Virus record (IMG/VR): IMGVR_UViG_3300033068_001295
Reading direction: 5' to 3' (one strand)
From: an uncultured virus (IMG/VR IMGVR_UViG_3300033068_001295)
Taxonomy: Duplodnaviria > Heunggongvirae > Uroviricota > Caudoviricetes
Length of the DNA stretch: 64,000 nt
Each line of letters opens with the position of its first letter. Positions within the stretch are counted from its first letter, which is position 1. Shown piece after piece: positions 11,944 through 22,791 of the stretch. Under the pieces are notes generated by a model. It ran no database searches and had not been told where the DNA came from. It was given only the letters and a program-made list of their open reading frames with translations. The translations under genes and the position numbers were made by a program.

Positions 11944-13349
11944 GTTACCTGCTGTTTATTTTTTTTGTAATTATATTGATTATCTTTACACCATAGAAAT
12001 AACAACAATCCTAAAAAATAGAAATTATGACAACTCAAACATTAAATATCGAAACAGCTACAAAATCAGAAATAATTGTTGCAGCTTCTGTTCAAAAAGA
12101 ATTAATGGCTTTTTTAGGTGGTGTAGCAATGATTAAAGAAAGAAGCGAAGAAACATTAAGAAGTCTTTTAAAAATGTATTTTATGTTAAATACCGAAGTT
12201 GGAGCTTTTTATGATAAAAACGGATTTTAATATGAAAAGAAAAAACATAATAGTTTTTATTACCGTAGATAGAGTATCTGTTTACGGTAATTTTAAAAAA
12301 TGTTGTGACATTGAAAAATTACAATATCACTCATTAAAAATGAAAAGTTTCCCTATTATTTTAACCGACATAGTTATACACAAAGTTGAGTTTAAATAGC
12401 AGGTAACGGATTGCAGATTTGCGATGGGCGGGATTAATAACTAAAAATTTGATATGAAAACAGAACTTAATAATAACGAAAAACTTTCAACTGAGCAAGA
12501 AACCACGCCTATTGCAAATGTGCTGTTATAGGTAGGGCTTCTCACAAAACTTAAATAAAATGAATAAAGTAGTTACAAAAGTACACGGTGAAAATTCACA
12601 AGATTGGCACGAAGATTATGAAATTAAAATTAACTCTATAAATGGTTACGATACTATTTACAGAAGGATTTTTTATAAAAAAGGATATGTAAATAGAATA
12701 GTAATTGGACTTACTGCTGAAGAACGTGATTTAGCATACAATTCTTTGAGTGTTTCAAATGAATTAAATACATTAAAAAAATCATTTTGGTACAAGGTCG
12801 GGAAGTTCTTCGGAGCGTTCTCTTAGCCTTACCTATAACGGTCGATGATATGAGAGTATTTTCGGCAGGATAAATCCCGAACCTTTCAGTTTAAGACCAA
12901 AATTAAAAAGTACAAACCCAAAAATTAAATTAATAACCCAAAGCCGAAAATCTCTTATATCATTTGTTATCAGTAGGCTACATATTTACAAAATTATGAA
13001 AACATTAATTCAAAAAGTACAAGAAAAGCACGATTTTAAATGGTTTGACAAAGTAGTTATCCCCGGTCATTCTAAAATTTTAGTTCTAAATAAATATCAA
13101 TTAAATGTTGATGATGAAATGAAACTAATTCTTTCAGAAATGCACTGCAATAGCGAAACAATAGAAGATGCTTTACGATTAAGCATTACCGAAGTTGACG
13201 ATGATAATTTATTTCACGTTATAGATTTCTTCAATTTTAGCGATGAACAAAAGTTATTTTCATTCTTAGAGTTCTTCGTGAAATAGCTTACTCATAACAA
13301 GCGGGTGCTTTGCTTCAGTTGTTCCAATTGCGCAAAGCGCGAGTTGGGC
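11944..13349 (+). mobile_element. satellite array of three integron-like cassettes (genes 12027..12230 + 12232..12399; 12560..12826; 12996..13286)
   Basis: Cassette ends GTTACCTGCTGTTT/AAATAGCAGGTAAC, GTTATAGGTAGGGCT/AGCCTTACCTATAAC, GTTATCAGTAGGCTA/TAGCTTACTCATAAC; hairpins 12404-12528, 12836-12969; short terminal hairpin 13295-13349 ending GTTGGGC. Confidence 0.8.
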
Positions 13350-13471
13350 GTGAAGAAAGTTGAAAAGATTTATAATGATGGTAGAGAATTACAATCTTGC
13401 GTAAATAGCCGTTCACTATCTATCATACTTAACAGATTAGAAAGCATTATTAACGAAATAAAATAAGGGGT

Positions 13472-13843
13472 ATGAAAGAACAACTTAGAACAGAAGCGGA
13501 GAAAGTGTTGACAGAAAAAGGCATGAATTGCGCTAAATTAAGAAACACTTTTACTTTAGACGGTAACGATGACAGTTTTTTAGATAGAATTATCAACGCC
13601 ATGCTAGACTTCCACGCACAGCAATTGGAGAAAGACAATTGGGTTAGTGTGAGTGAGCGATTACCAGAATTGAAACAATATTGCTTAGTATCTTACGATG
13701 GTCATGTAATGATTGGACAACTTATAAAAATAAATAAACAAGGAATAGGGCTTTGGGATAATCCAGATTGGTTTACTTCTCATTCAAGAATTACCCATTG
13801 GCAACCATTACCGAAATCACCAACAACCACCCAAACACTTTAA
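13472..13843 (+). CDS. DUF551-domain phage protein
   Basis: WVSVSERLPE...ITHWQPLPKSP. Confidence 0.8.
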   Translation: MKEQLRTEAEKVLTEKGMNCAKLRNTFTLDGNDDSFLDRIINAMLDFHAQQLEKDNWVSVSERLPELKQYCLVSYDGHVMIGQLIKINKQGIGLWDNPDWFTSHSRITHWQPLPKSPTTTQTL

Positions 13844-14314
13844 CGAAATGAAAAACTTAATATCAATGACTGCTTTCGTATTGGAAAGAGCAAAAAAATA
13901 TGTTTCAGTAGACACTTGGGAACAAAAAAGACAGGAATCTCTAAGTGAAATATATAAATACGCCAACTTCCTTTCACGCCAAACACAATTAAGCGATTTT
14001 GTGCCTTGTGGTGAAGATGGTTTGCCGTTGGATAAACCTAAAGAACACTTAGAAAATAGAACATTGTATTATCAAGAACTTGAAGCGTATCAACAAGCAC
14101 TAGACAAAGTTTTGTTTAAAGGGTTTTATGTTGCAGAATATCTAGACAATCCAGAATATACAAAAGCAATCTGTTGTGAACATAACGTACTTCATGTAGC
14201 TTGGTATTCTAAAATAACTTGCTCATGGCACTTGTCGAAAGGAATCAAAACCCTCGAACACCTCACGCCATACAACCTAGAACTAACTGAAAAATTAATT
14301 AAAGATTTAGAGAT

Positions 14315-17248
14315 ATGAAAAAACTACTTACACTATTAACGATTTTTCTTTTTAACTTTTTGCCCGCCCAAACTGTGAATTATATTACAAACAATGTAGA
14401 TATAGCAAATCCAGAAAGGGGGTTATATTATCATACATCAACAGAATCAGGTAGTTATACCTTATTAAACCAAACAACGCTGATAAATAATAGGCTCAAT
14501 AACAACATAACTCTGATATTAAGAGTCTTTTATTTGGAGGATTTTAGAAACAGCCCTATTTCAGCTACGTACTTGACAAATATCCAAACAGATTTAAATA
14601 GATGTCGTAATGCAAGAATTAAAGTTATTATAAGATTTGCGTATAACGACGGAGGTTTTAGTGGGGATGATGATGCGCCAAAAGCTGTTGTTTTAAACCA
14701 TATTTCTCAATTATCTCCTATAATGAATTTAAATCAAGATGTTATTTCTTGTGTTCAAATGGGATTTATTGGTAGGTGGGGAGAAGGGTATTACAGTACT
14801 TATTATGGAAATAACGGTGTTCTATCAGTTACAAATATAAGTGACAGAAATGAAGTTTTAATGTCTATTTTAAACTCTTTTCCGCGCCAAATACAAGTTA
14901 GAACGCCTTTACTCAAACAACGACTTGTAGGTACTATAGCTAATGCAAACACACGTATAGGGCATCACAACGATAGTTTTTTATCTAGTAACTCAGAACA
15001 AGGTACTTACAATAATGTGCCTTTAGAACGTTTATATGTACAACAAGAGTCTGACTTTGTGGTTGTGGGTGGAGAATGTAATGAGTTCCCAACAGCCTAT
15101 ACAAATTGTACAACAGCTTTAACAGATTTGTTTAAGTACTCTTGGAATTATTTAAACTCAGTTGGATACGCAAGTGGTCTTATAAACCATTGGCAAACAA
15201 ACGGATGTTATGATGAAATAAAAAGAAGACTAGGATACAGATTTGAATTAGTTTCTTCTACTTTATCAGGGAATAATTTAAATATAAAAATTAGAAATAC
15301 AGGTTTTGGTCATGTTATAAATCCCCGACCCATAAGATTAGTTTTAAAAAACACTATAACTAATGCAGTATCTTATGTAGATATTTCTTCTGACACAAGA
15401 ACATGGCTTAAAAACACTACGATAGAGTTAAACACCGCTATTTCTGTTTCCAATGGAAGCTACAAACTTTACTTATTTTCTCCTGATGAATTTAATAACT
15501 TTCCCGAATATGCCATAAGATTTGCTAATGATAATGTGTGGGACGCAACAACAGGGTATAATGATTTAAATCAAACTTATGTAACTTCATGTGCTAATTC
15601 TACTACTTGGAATGGAATTTCATGGAGCGCAGGAGCACCTAATATAACAACAACGGCTATTATTAATGCACCATATACTGTAAATGGTATTGCACCTACG
15701 GTTAATTTTGATTGCTGCAATTTAGTAGTTAATAGTACTTTACAAATTAATAATAATAGATTTGTATCTTTTCAATACGATGTGAGTGGTGCAGGAAATA
15801 TCGTAGTTAAAAGTGGCGGTAAATTAATTCCTGTAAATGATTTTTCCACTTGTAGCAGTACTAATATTTCCGTTGAACGCACCACAAGTTTGTTAAAGAA
15901 GTATGATTATGTTTATTTTTCTTCGCCGACAAAAAACACCATAATAGGAAATACTTTATCTAATTGGTATGCCGATAGAACATTTTCTTTTAATGGACAG
16001 TATTTTATTGATTTAGAAACTAACTATCAAGGTAATCTTATCTCAAATATCCCTGATGGACAAGACGATGCAGACCCCTCTCCATGGATTACAAGTAACT
16101 TTACAGACACTTTTATTAGTGGTTTAGGTTATCCATCTATGATTTTGAACGGAACTTTTCCGCGCACAGAAACAGTTGCTTTTCAAGGCTGTTTAAATAC
16201 AGGAGTGGTAACAACGCCTTTAATAATTAGTGGAAACCCGACAGCATTGTTATACAACCCTAACATTGTAGGAAATCCTTATAGTTCAAGTATTTTAGCA
16301 GACAGTTTTATAATTGATAATCTACCTAATATATCAGGCACATTGTATTTTTGGGCGCATACAAATAGTTTATCATCTTCATATAGTGGTTTAGAGCAGT
16401 TGAATTTTATTAAAGGTGATTATAGTTCTTATAATCTCAGTGGTGGGATATCATCATCATTTGGGGGTCTTACGCCAAATGGTTTTATTCCTAGTTGTCA
16501 AGGGTTTTTAGTTTATGCCGAAGTACCTAATACATCCTTAGTTTTCAAACCTAGTTATATGGTGGTGGGATATCCAAATTCAGGTAATTTTTACAGAAGT
16601 TCTCCTTTTACAAGATATAGGCTTAATTTACTAGATAACGAGGTTTCTGATGGTTTATTTAAACAAATATTAGTTAATTATAATTCAGACACTTCATTAG
16701 ATTTTGATAAAGGGTGGGACAGTAAGGTAAGTGTTTATAATGAACCTTTAAAATTTTACACTCTAGGAGATTATGAAATTGAATCTCGTGGTGACTTTGA
16801 TATAGAAGATGTTGTACCTTTAGGGTATTCTACAGTTGTTTCCTCTAATTATGTTATGTCTATTAACAGCATGGAGGGAATCAATCAAATTTACTTATTA
16901 GACACATATACAGGAGATTTTGTTGATTTGTTTTTTGGATATAGTTTTTACTCTGAAGTCGGTAAATTTGATGATAGGTTTAAAATTTATTATACAAATA
17001 GTTTAGCCGTAAATAGCTATAAAACAGAGGGTTTTAAAATTATTCCAAATCCTTCCGAAAATATTTTTACAATTTACTTTGATAATTCAAAAATAAGTTC
17101 TATATTTGTACTCGATATGTATGGAAGAACAATACGAGCTAAAGTAAGCAGTTTAAAAAATAAAATTATTGTTGACTTAAGTGATGTTAGTTCAGGAGCA
17201 TACATTATAAGATTAAATAATACTAATTTAAAATTAATTAAAAAGTGA
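14315..17248 (+). CDS. secreted DUF4874/DUF4832-like (glycoside-hydrolase-like) protein with a T9SS C-terminal sorting domain
   Basis: Signal peptide; NPERG, IIRFAY, GFIGRWGEG, IGHHNDSFL, GGE, RRLGYRF motifs; C-terminal IIPNPSEN...DMYGR...DLSDVSSGAYIIRL...KLIKK. Confidence 0.75.
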   Translation: MKKLLTLLTIFLFNFLPAQTVNYITNNVDIANPERGLYYHTSTESGSYTLLNQTTLINNRLNNNITLILRVFYLEDFRNSPISATYLTNIQTDLNRCRNARIKVIIRFAYNDGGFSGDDDAPKAVVLNHISQLSPIMNLNQDVISCVQMGFIGRWGEGYYSTYYGNNGVLSVTNISDRNEVLMSILNSFPRQIQVRTPLLKQRLVGTIANANTRIGHHNDSFLSSNSEQGTYNNVPLERLYVQQESDFVVVGGECNEFPTAYTNCTTALTDLFKYSWNYLNSVGYASGLINHWQTNGCYDEIKRRLGYRFELVSSTLSGNNLNIKIRNTGFGHVINPRPIRLVLKNTITNAVSYVDISSDTRTWLKNTTIELNTAISVSNGSYKLYLFSPDEFNNFPEYAIRFANDNVWDATTGYNDLNQTYVTSCANSTTWNGISWSAGAPNITTTAIINAPYTVNGIAPTVNFDCCNLVVNSTLQINNNRFVSFQYDVSGAGNIVVKSGGKLIPVNDFSTCSSTNISVERTTSLLKKYDYVYFSSPTKNTIIGNTLSNWYADRTFSFNGQYFIDLETNYQGNLISNIPDGQDDADPSPWITSNFTDTFISGLGYPSMILNGTFPRTETVAFQGCLNTGVVTTPLIISGNPTALLYNPNIVGNPYSSSILADSFIIDNLPNISGTLYFWAHTNSLSSSYSGLEQLNFIKGDYSSYNLSGGISSSFGGLTPNGFIPSCQGFLVYAEVPNTSLVFKPSYMVVGYPNSGNFYRSSPFTRYRLNLLDNEVSDGLFKQILVNYNSDTSLDFDKGWDSKVSVYNEPLKFYTLGDYEIESRGDFDIEDVVPLGYSTVVSSNYVMSINSMEGINQIYLLDTYTGDFVDLFFGYSFYSEVGKFDDRFKIYYTNSLAVNSYKTEGFKIIPNPSENIFTIYFDNSKISSIFVLDMYGRTIRAKVSSLKNKIIVDLSDVSSGAYIIRLNNTNLKLIKK

Positions 17249-18662
17249 TGGAAACATTTATACTAAATACAGAAGATGTTATTAAGAAATATATAGCAGG
17301 AGATGGTAAAATATCTTTTGGGATGGGTTTTGCAGGTAAAGATAAAACACCCTTTATTTCAATAGGCGAGTTAAGCGAATCCAAAGAAATAGGAGAAAAT
17401 CTATTAGGTAAGGACGAAAAAGATTTTAATATCACAACAATCTATTTTAAAAATTTAGAATCTCTTGCCGTTTTAGAGAATTGTATTCAAAAAGTTAAAG
17501 ACTCATTTAATGGAAAGAACATTTAGAACCGTCAAAATTAAAGACCGATTACCAGATTTAGGTAAAAAAGTTTTGTTTTTAGACGAGAATTACAAAGGAG
17601 AGTTTATGGCTGAGTATTTGCCCGACGAAAAAATAGAAATTAAGAAAGGTAAATTTATAGAAATCAAAGATTGTAAAACAGCAACAGATTTTCTGATAAA
17701 TAACTTTACATCTTGGCTAGAAGAAATTTAAAATTATAAAAACAGAAAGTAACCTCACATTTAATAAATGGAAATAAGACATACTAAACCAATTGACCAA
17801 GAAAATGGGTATTGGTTTTATAGATGGTGCTTAATGAGATATGAAAAAAACAAATATAAAAATCTACTTGGAAAGTATAGCTATACTTATATTTTAGAAA
17901 CATTGAAGGAAAATAAACGCCTTGTAAAAGAGAATAAACAATTGAAAGAAGTCTTAAAAGAAATAAGAGCAAATTATCAACCAATTAAAGCCAAAATACA
18001 TAATGGTCATTCCAAAAGAAGATAGAGAAAAGTGTAAAGATTTTTAACCGATTAGAAAATATTTAAAGTATGAAACTATCACCACAAGAAAAAGCAGATT
18101 TAGGTAAAATAAAATCTGACGCAAAGAAAATAGGAATATCTCTTTTAATAATTTTTATAATCTTACTAAGTATATGGATAGTGATAAAAGAGGATTTTTA
18201 GATAAAAAATCGGCAGAAGAAGAATTAAAACGTATTATAGAAACACAAAATCGCCCGTGGGCGGAAAGAGACCGTAAACCATGCAGAGCCTACTTCTCAA
18301 ATAAAACAAAGATGTGGCATTTAACAAGTAAAAAATTAATAACAGAATTTAAATAAACAAAAAGATGAAAAGAAAAGACCTATTAACAGGAACATTGACC
18401 GAAAACAAAAATGCAGACACAGTGGTATTAAACACACTAAAAAAGGATGTAAAAGCTATTTCAAAAGCAAAACGAGATGTGTCGGATGAGATTGAAGCCT
18501 CAGAGGAAGCCCTTGAAGAGCGATTGGGTAATACTATCCCACTAGACAAATCAGTTGTTGAAGTTATGTATTCAAACCTTGTAGATTTGAAAGCTAAGTT
18601 AGCACTATATGAATCTTTCGAGAAAGAATTTTTACCTAAAGAAGAAAACTAAATTATTCACA

Positions 18663-18686
18663 GCCCTAGAAATAGGGCTTTTTATT
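18663..18686 (+). terminator. intrinsic terminator
   Basis: GCCCTA-GAAA-TAGGGC followed by a T-run. Confidence 0.75.
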
Positions 18687-18694
18687 CCCTTTAA

Positions 18695-20056
18695 ATGAAA
18701 TCAATTTATTTTATAACTCCAACTCTTTTATCCTATATAGATTTGATGTCTATGGGTGGCTCTGATAAAGCTGGTGATAGCACCCGTTTAGGAAAGTATA
18801 ACTCTGGTTTAAAGTATTCAATTGCTTTAGCCAAACGTAATAATATTGATTTTTCTATTCGTGTTTTTGATACGGTATACTCTGAAAACTTCGATAGGAG
18901 ACGAGATACAATGTATTCTATAGACACTTATATTGAAACTTGCGAACAAACAGGCAAAGAGAAAGAGCTTATAAAAATTAATAAAAATGTCAGTTTAGAG
19001 TCTTTTTTCTCTGTTCATTGCGAAGATTTAGGCGGGGGTGAACTTGAAGAAACTCCAATACTTACAGGATACTCCGTCAAAATGGGGGTAGATTGGGAGT
19101 TGTGGATGTTAATGAGAGAGATTTTTTCTAATATGCTTGACGAAGGTGGAAGTTATGTAGAAGATGCACCACCTGTAATTAAATATGGAACTATCATAAG
19201 GCTGTCTTTTGATGAAGACAGTGAGTTTGCTAATATTTGGAAAAACAGACATTTGTACATTAATGAAAAAGAACCTCTTTATAAACTTTCAGAATCTATT
19301 GAAATATTAGAGAATCCAGAAAACTATCTCCGTATCTATAAGCAGAATATTCTAGTGTATTCTGATGAGACCATACCGAGTAGATTTGCTTATAATGTAA
19401 AAAAGGCAATAATAGATGAGAAAAGAATACTTTCTAACGTTTGGACAGTTGAAAATGAAATCTCTTACGCCATTAAAAATACTCAGAATGAAGATTATTT
19501 AAGAGCAATTATTACTAAAGATTTTAAGCCTGAATCTAAAGAGTTTTTATCCTCTATATCTTCTTATGGCACATCCTCAGATTTAATTCATAATATAGCT
19601 ACAGAAGTTTATGAGCAATTTGGTGAAGTAAAATCTTACCCTTGGATACTTGACTCTATTAAAAAAAGAAAAGACTGTAAAGTCGTCGGAAGAAAAATAA
19701 CAACAATAGAAGATAGTATCTACACTAAAAGTACTACAGTAACATTAGAAACCCAACCCGTAGACTTTTCAACGCCAGAAACAGTAGTTGTAGATGAACA
19801 GGTGTGTGTAGACCCGTTTGCTTTTGAAGTTTCAAAATATTATAACTTTGTGCTAGATGTACCTGTTAAAAAGGCTAAACTTAAAGGAAGTAAAGTTGTG
19901 GCAGATAAGTTTAACAAATGTCTTATTATAGATGAAAACTTTGATGTACAAGCAGATTTTTATGATTTTATTGTAAATTACATAGATTTAACTGTACCTA
20001 CTGGGAACGTGGTAGATAATTTGGCTAAATATATTTGTAAATTATTAGAGAAATAG
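18695..20056 (+). CDS. GHKL/HATPase-like protein
   Basis: MGGSDK...LGKYNSGLKYSIA (G-box-like) and REIFSNMLDEG (N-box-like). Confidence 0.5.
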   Translation: MKSIYFITPTLLSYIDLMSMGGSDKAGDSTRLGKYNSGLKYSIALAKRNNIDFSIRVFDTVYSENFDRRRDTMYSIDTYIETCEQTGKEKELIKINKNVSLESFFSVHCEDLGGGELEETPILTGYSVKMGVDWELWMLMREIFSNMLDEGGSYVEDAPPVIKYGTIIRLSFDEDSEFANIWKNRHLYINEKEPLYKLSESIEILENPENYLRIYKQNILVYSDETIPSRFAYNVKKAIIDEKRILSNVWTVENEISYAIKNTQNEDYLRAIITKDFKPESKEFLSSISSYGTSSDLIHNIATEVYEQFGEVKSYPWILDSIKKRKDCKVVGRKITTIEDSIYTKSTTVTLETQPVDFSTPETVVVDEQVCVDPFAFEVSKYYNFVLDVPVKKAKLKGSKVVADKFNKCLIIDENFDVQADFYDFIVNYIDLTVPTGNVVDNLAKYICKLLEK

Positions 20057-20424
20057 TTGCACAATTAAAAAACAATTACTATTTTTGTAAAATAAATATA
20101 AAAACATGAACATGATAATTAGACAATCAATTGTACAAGAGTCACAAATAAGTGTAAAACAAGAGTACTTAGATGTTTTACAAGAGATGGTTAAATCAGC
20201 CATAACTAAAGGTGCAAATCAATTTGAAATAATAGCAGAAAAAGATTGGGATGGATATATTGAATACTACGATATAACATTCTATAAAAGCTACATAGAA
20301 ACAGACGATGAGCGTATTGTACGAGAAGAAAAAGAGGCTCTTCAAGCTATAAAAGAGCAAGAAGCATACAATACAATGGTAGAACAACAAGAAAAAGAAA
20401 CGTTACGTAAACTAAAAGAAAAAT

Positions 20425-20862
20425 ATGAAAACAACAATTAACATCGACGGAGAGAATGTAGAAATTACTTTAACTCCTAAACAAGTAGAACAGATTAATA
20501 AGTCTAAAGACATCGCAGAAAGAATTAAAAATTTTAAAGATGTTCTTGAGTATCTAACAGAATCTGATGAGGAAGTAATCACTTATAGAAAAATGTTAAA
20601 AGCAGATATTAGTGGTAAATCCTTGCACACTCAAATGGCTGTTTGTTGGAACAAGGCTTTAAATGAGAAATATGAATTTAAAGAAAGCGACTACAAATAC
20701 AGAATTTGGTGGAATTGGTATCCCTTTAGTTTCGACTGTGTCAGCTATGGTCGAACGCTTGCTACTGTGCCGCTCGCTCTTTGCTTTAAAGAAGAGAGAA
20801 TTGCTAGGTATGCTAGCAGTAATAAAGAGTACGTAAAAACTTGTAAAAAGTTTGTAGAATAA
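20425..20862 (+). CDS. DGR target protein, VR at 20722-20790
   Basis: VR vs TR: 16 mismatches in 69 nt, all at TR adenines. Confidence 0.95.
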   Translation: MKTTINIDGENVEITLTPKQVEQINKSKDIAERIKNFKDVLEYLTESDEEVITYRKMLKADISGKSLHTQMAVCWNKALNEKYEFKESDYKYRIWWNWYPFSFDCVSYGRTLATVPLALCFKEERIARYASSNKEYVKTCKKFVE

Positions 20863-20885
20863 TATAATAGGTTACATCACTCACA

Positions 20886-20954
20886 CCCTTTAGTTTCAAC
20901 AATGTCAACTATAGTCAAACGAATACTAATGTACCACTCACTAATTGCTTAAAA
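20886..20954 (+). repeat. DGR template repeat (TR)
   Basis: Intergenic, AAY-rich (CCC TTT AGT TTC AAC AAT GTC AAC TAT AGT CAA ACG AAT ACT AAT GTA CCA CTC ACT AAT TGC TTA AAA); enclosed by inverted repeat 20868-20882/20959-20974. Confidence 0.95.
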
Positions 20955-21048
20955 ATCAGAGTGATGTGACCCTACCAACACGGTAAAAAATAAATATATG
21001 CCGAACTCCTTAGTAAAGGAATTGAAAAGGAGTTTTTAAAGCAATAAC

Positions 21049-21987
21049 ATGAAAAGAAAATTCAATCTATACGACAAAATAATAAGTTTAGAAAATTTAT
21101 GTACTGCGGATAAAATTGCAAGACGAGGAAAATTAAAACAATATGGTGTACAAAAACATATAGAGAACGCAGAATATAATATTGGATGGTTGCATGAATT
21201 ACTGAATCACAGAAAATTTGAAACATCTGAGTATAAAGAGTTTCATATATTTCAGCCGAAACATAGAACAATAGCGAGATTACCATATTATCCAGATAGG
21301 ATATTACAACACGCCATTATTTTACAAATAGGAAGTGTACTAACAAGAACATTTGTTACCGATACCTATAGTTGCGTTAAAGGTAGAGGTATTATGAAAG
21401 CATCTTATACTCTTAGGAAAGCATTACAAAACGAGGAGTATAATAAGTATTGTCTAAAATTAGATATTAAAAAGTTTTATGAGAATATAGACCATGAGAT
21501 ACTAAAAGCGTTATTAAGAAAAAAGTTTAAGGACAAGGATTTACTTAATTTATTAGATGAAATAATAGACTCTAATACAGTAGGTTTACCATTAGGCTCT
21601 TTAGTGAGTCAGTATTTAGCTAATTTTTATCTGTGTTATTTAGACCACTTTATAAAACAGCATTTAAAAGTGAAGTATTTTTGGAGGTACATGGATGATA
21701 TTGTAATTATTGGAAACGATAAGAAAGAATTACATTTTGTTCTCGCCGAAATAAGAAAATACCTATTAGGGTTAAAGTTAGAAATAAAAAATAATTATCA
21801 AGTATTTGAAGTTGAGGATAGAGGTATTGATTTTGTAGGCTTTGTACATCGAAAAGAATACATTCTACTTAGAAAAACAATAAAACAAAATTATAAACAA
21901 AGTAAAAATAAAGAAATGTGGAACTCATGGTTAGTCCACTGTAATTCAATTAATTTAAGAAGAAAACATGAAAAAAGTAACGACTAA
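21049..21987 (+). CDS. DGR reverse transcriptase
   Basis: YPDRILQHA, LKLDIKKFY, GLPLGSLVSQYLAN, YMDD, IDFVG motifs; 312 aa with no maturase or endonuclease tail; adjacent TR. Confidence 0.95.
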   Translation: MKRKFNLYDKIISLENLCTADKIARRGKLKQYGVQKHIENAEYNIGWLHELLNHRKFETSEYKEFHIFQPKHRTIARLPYYPDRILQHAIILQIGSVLTRTFVTDTYSCVKGRGIMKASYTLRKALQNEEYNKYCLKLDIKKFYENIDHEILKALLRKKFKDKDLLNLLDEIIDSNTVGLPLGSLVSQYLANFYLCYLDHFIKQHLKVKYFWRYMDDIVIIGNDKKELHFVLAEIRKYLLGLKLEIKNNYQVFEVEDRGIDFVGFVHRKEYILLRKTIKQNYKQSKNKEMWNSWLVHCNSINLRRKHEKSND

Positions 21988-22375
21988 CATTAACGGTAAA
22001 GAAACAGAAACTACACTAACTAAAGAACAGTTAGAACAAATCAATAAATCAAGTAACATGGATAAGGTATACGCTTATCACAACACTACAAAAGAAGAAT
22101 TTGATAAAAAATATAAGAATGTTTCTTTAAGAAGTAAATATTTTGAAATGGAAGCCATGATTGTAGCTTATAAAAATAATGGTTGGGTTTACAAACAAGG
22201 TGAAAAATTTTATTATCCTTGGTTTGATTTAGAACTCTTTATTTTCGACGGTGTCAGCGATAGTCGAACGTTTGCTAGTGTGCCGCTCGCTCTTTGCTTT
22301 AAAAATGAATCTTTAACTAAAGAAACAGTGTCTGAATTCTTAGAAGAGTATAAATTATCAAGAACTACGTTATAA
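21968..22375 (+). CDS. DGR target protein, VR at 22235-22303
   Basis: VR vs TR: 15 mismatches at TR adenines, 3 elsewhere. Confidence 0.9.
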   Translation: MKKVTTNINGKETETTLTKEQLEQINKSSNMDKVYAYHNTTKEEFDKKYKNVSLRSKYFEMEAMIVAYKNNGWVYKQGEKFYYPWFDLELFIFDGVSDSRTFASVPLALCFKNESLTKETVSEFLEEYKLSRTTL

Positions 22376-22383
22376 TAAATTAA

Positions 22384-22791
22384 ATGAGAGACCAAATTAA
22401 TCAAGTAGCTCAATTTCACAGAGCCTTTGGACAAACTATAGAGCAAAAACCTACTTTAGTTAATAAACAACTATCTAATTTACGATTTGAATTGATGAAA
22501 GAGGAGAATGAAGAATATTTAGAGGCGGTTCTAAATGATGATTTGGTTGAAGTAGCAGATGCTTTAGCTGACCAACTTTATATTCTTTGCGGAACAATTT
22601 TAACTCATGGTATGCAAGATATCATAGAAGATTGTTTTCAAGAAATTCAAAGAAGTAATATGAGTAAATTAGATAATAAGGGGCTTCCTATTATAAATGG
22701 TGAAAATGGAGTTTATGATAAATCACGACCTTTAGGAAAGATATTAAAATCTAAAAATTTTAGTGAGCCTAATTTAAAACAGTTCTTATAA
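22384..22791 (+). CDS. MazG-like nucleoside triphosphate pyrophosphohydrolase
   Basis: LMKEENEEYLEA....DLVEVADALADQLYIL...EIQRSNMSK. Confidence 0.85.
   Translation: MRDQINQVAQFHRAFGQTIEQKPTLVNKQLSNLRFELMKEENEEYLEAVLNDDLVEVADALADQLYILCGTILTHGMQDIIEDCFQEIQRSNMSKLDNKGLPIINGENGVYDKSRPLGKILKSKNFSEPNLKQFL

Noticed and set aside
21049..21987. Group II intron or retron RT
   Set aside because: Short RT with no maturase or endonuclease region, and a clear TR/VR adenine pattern
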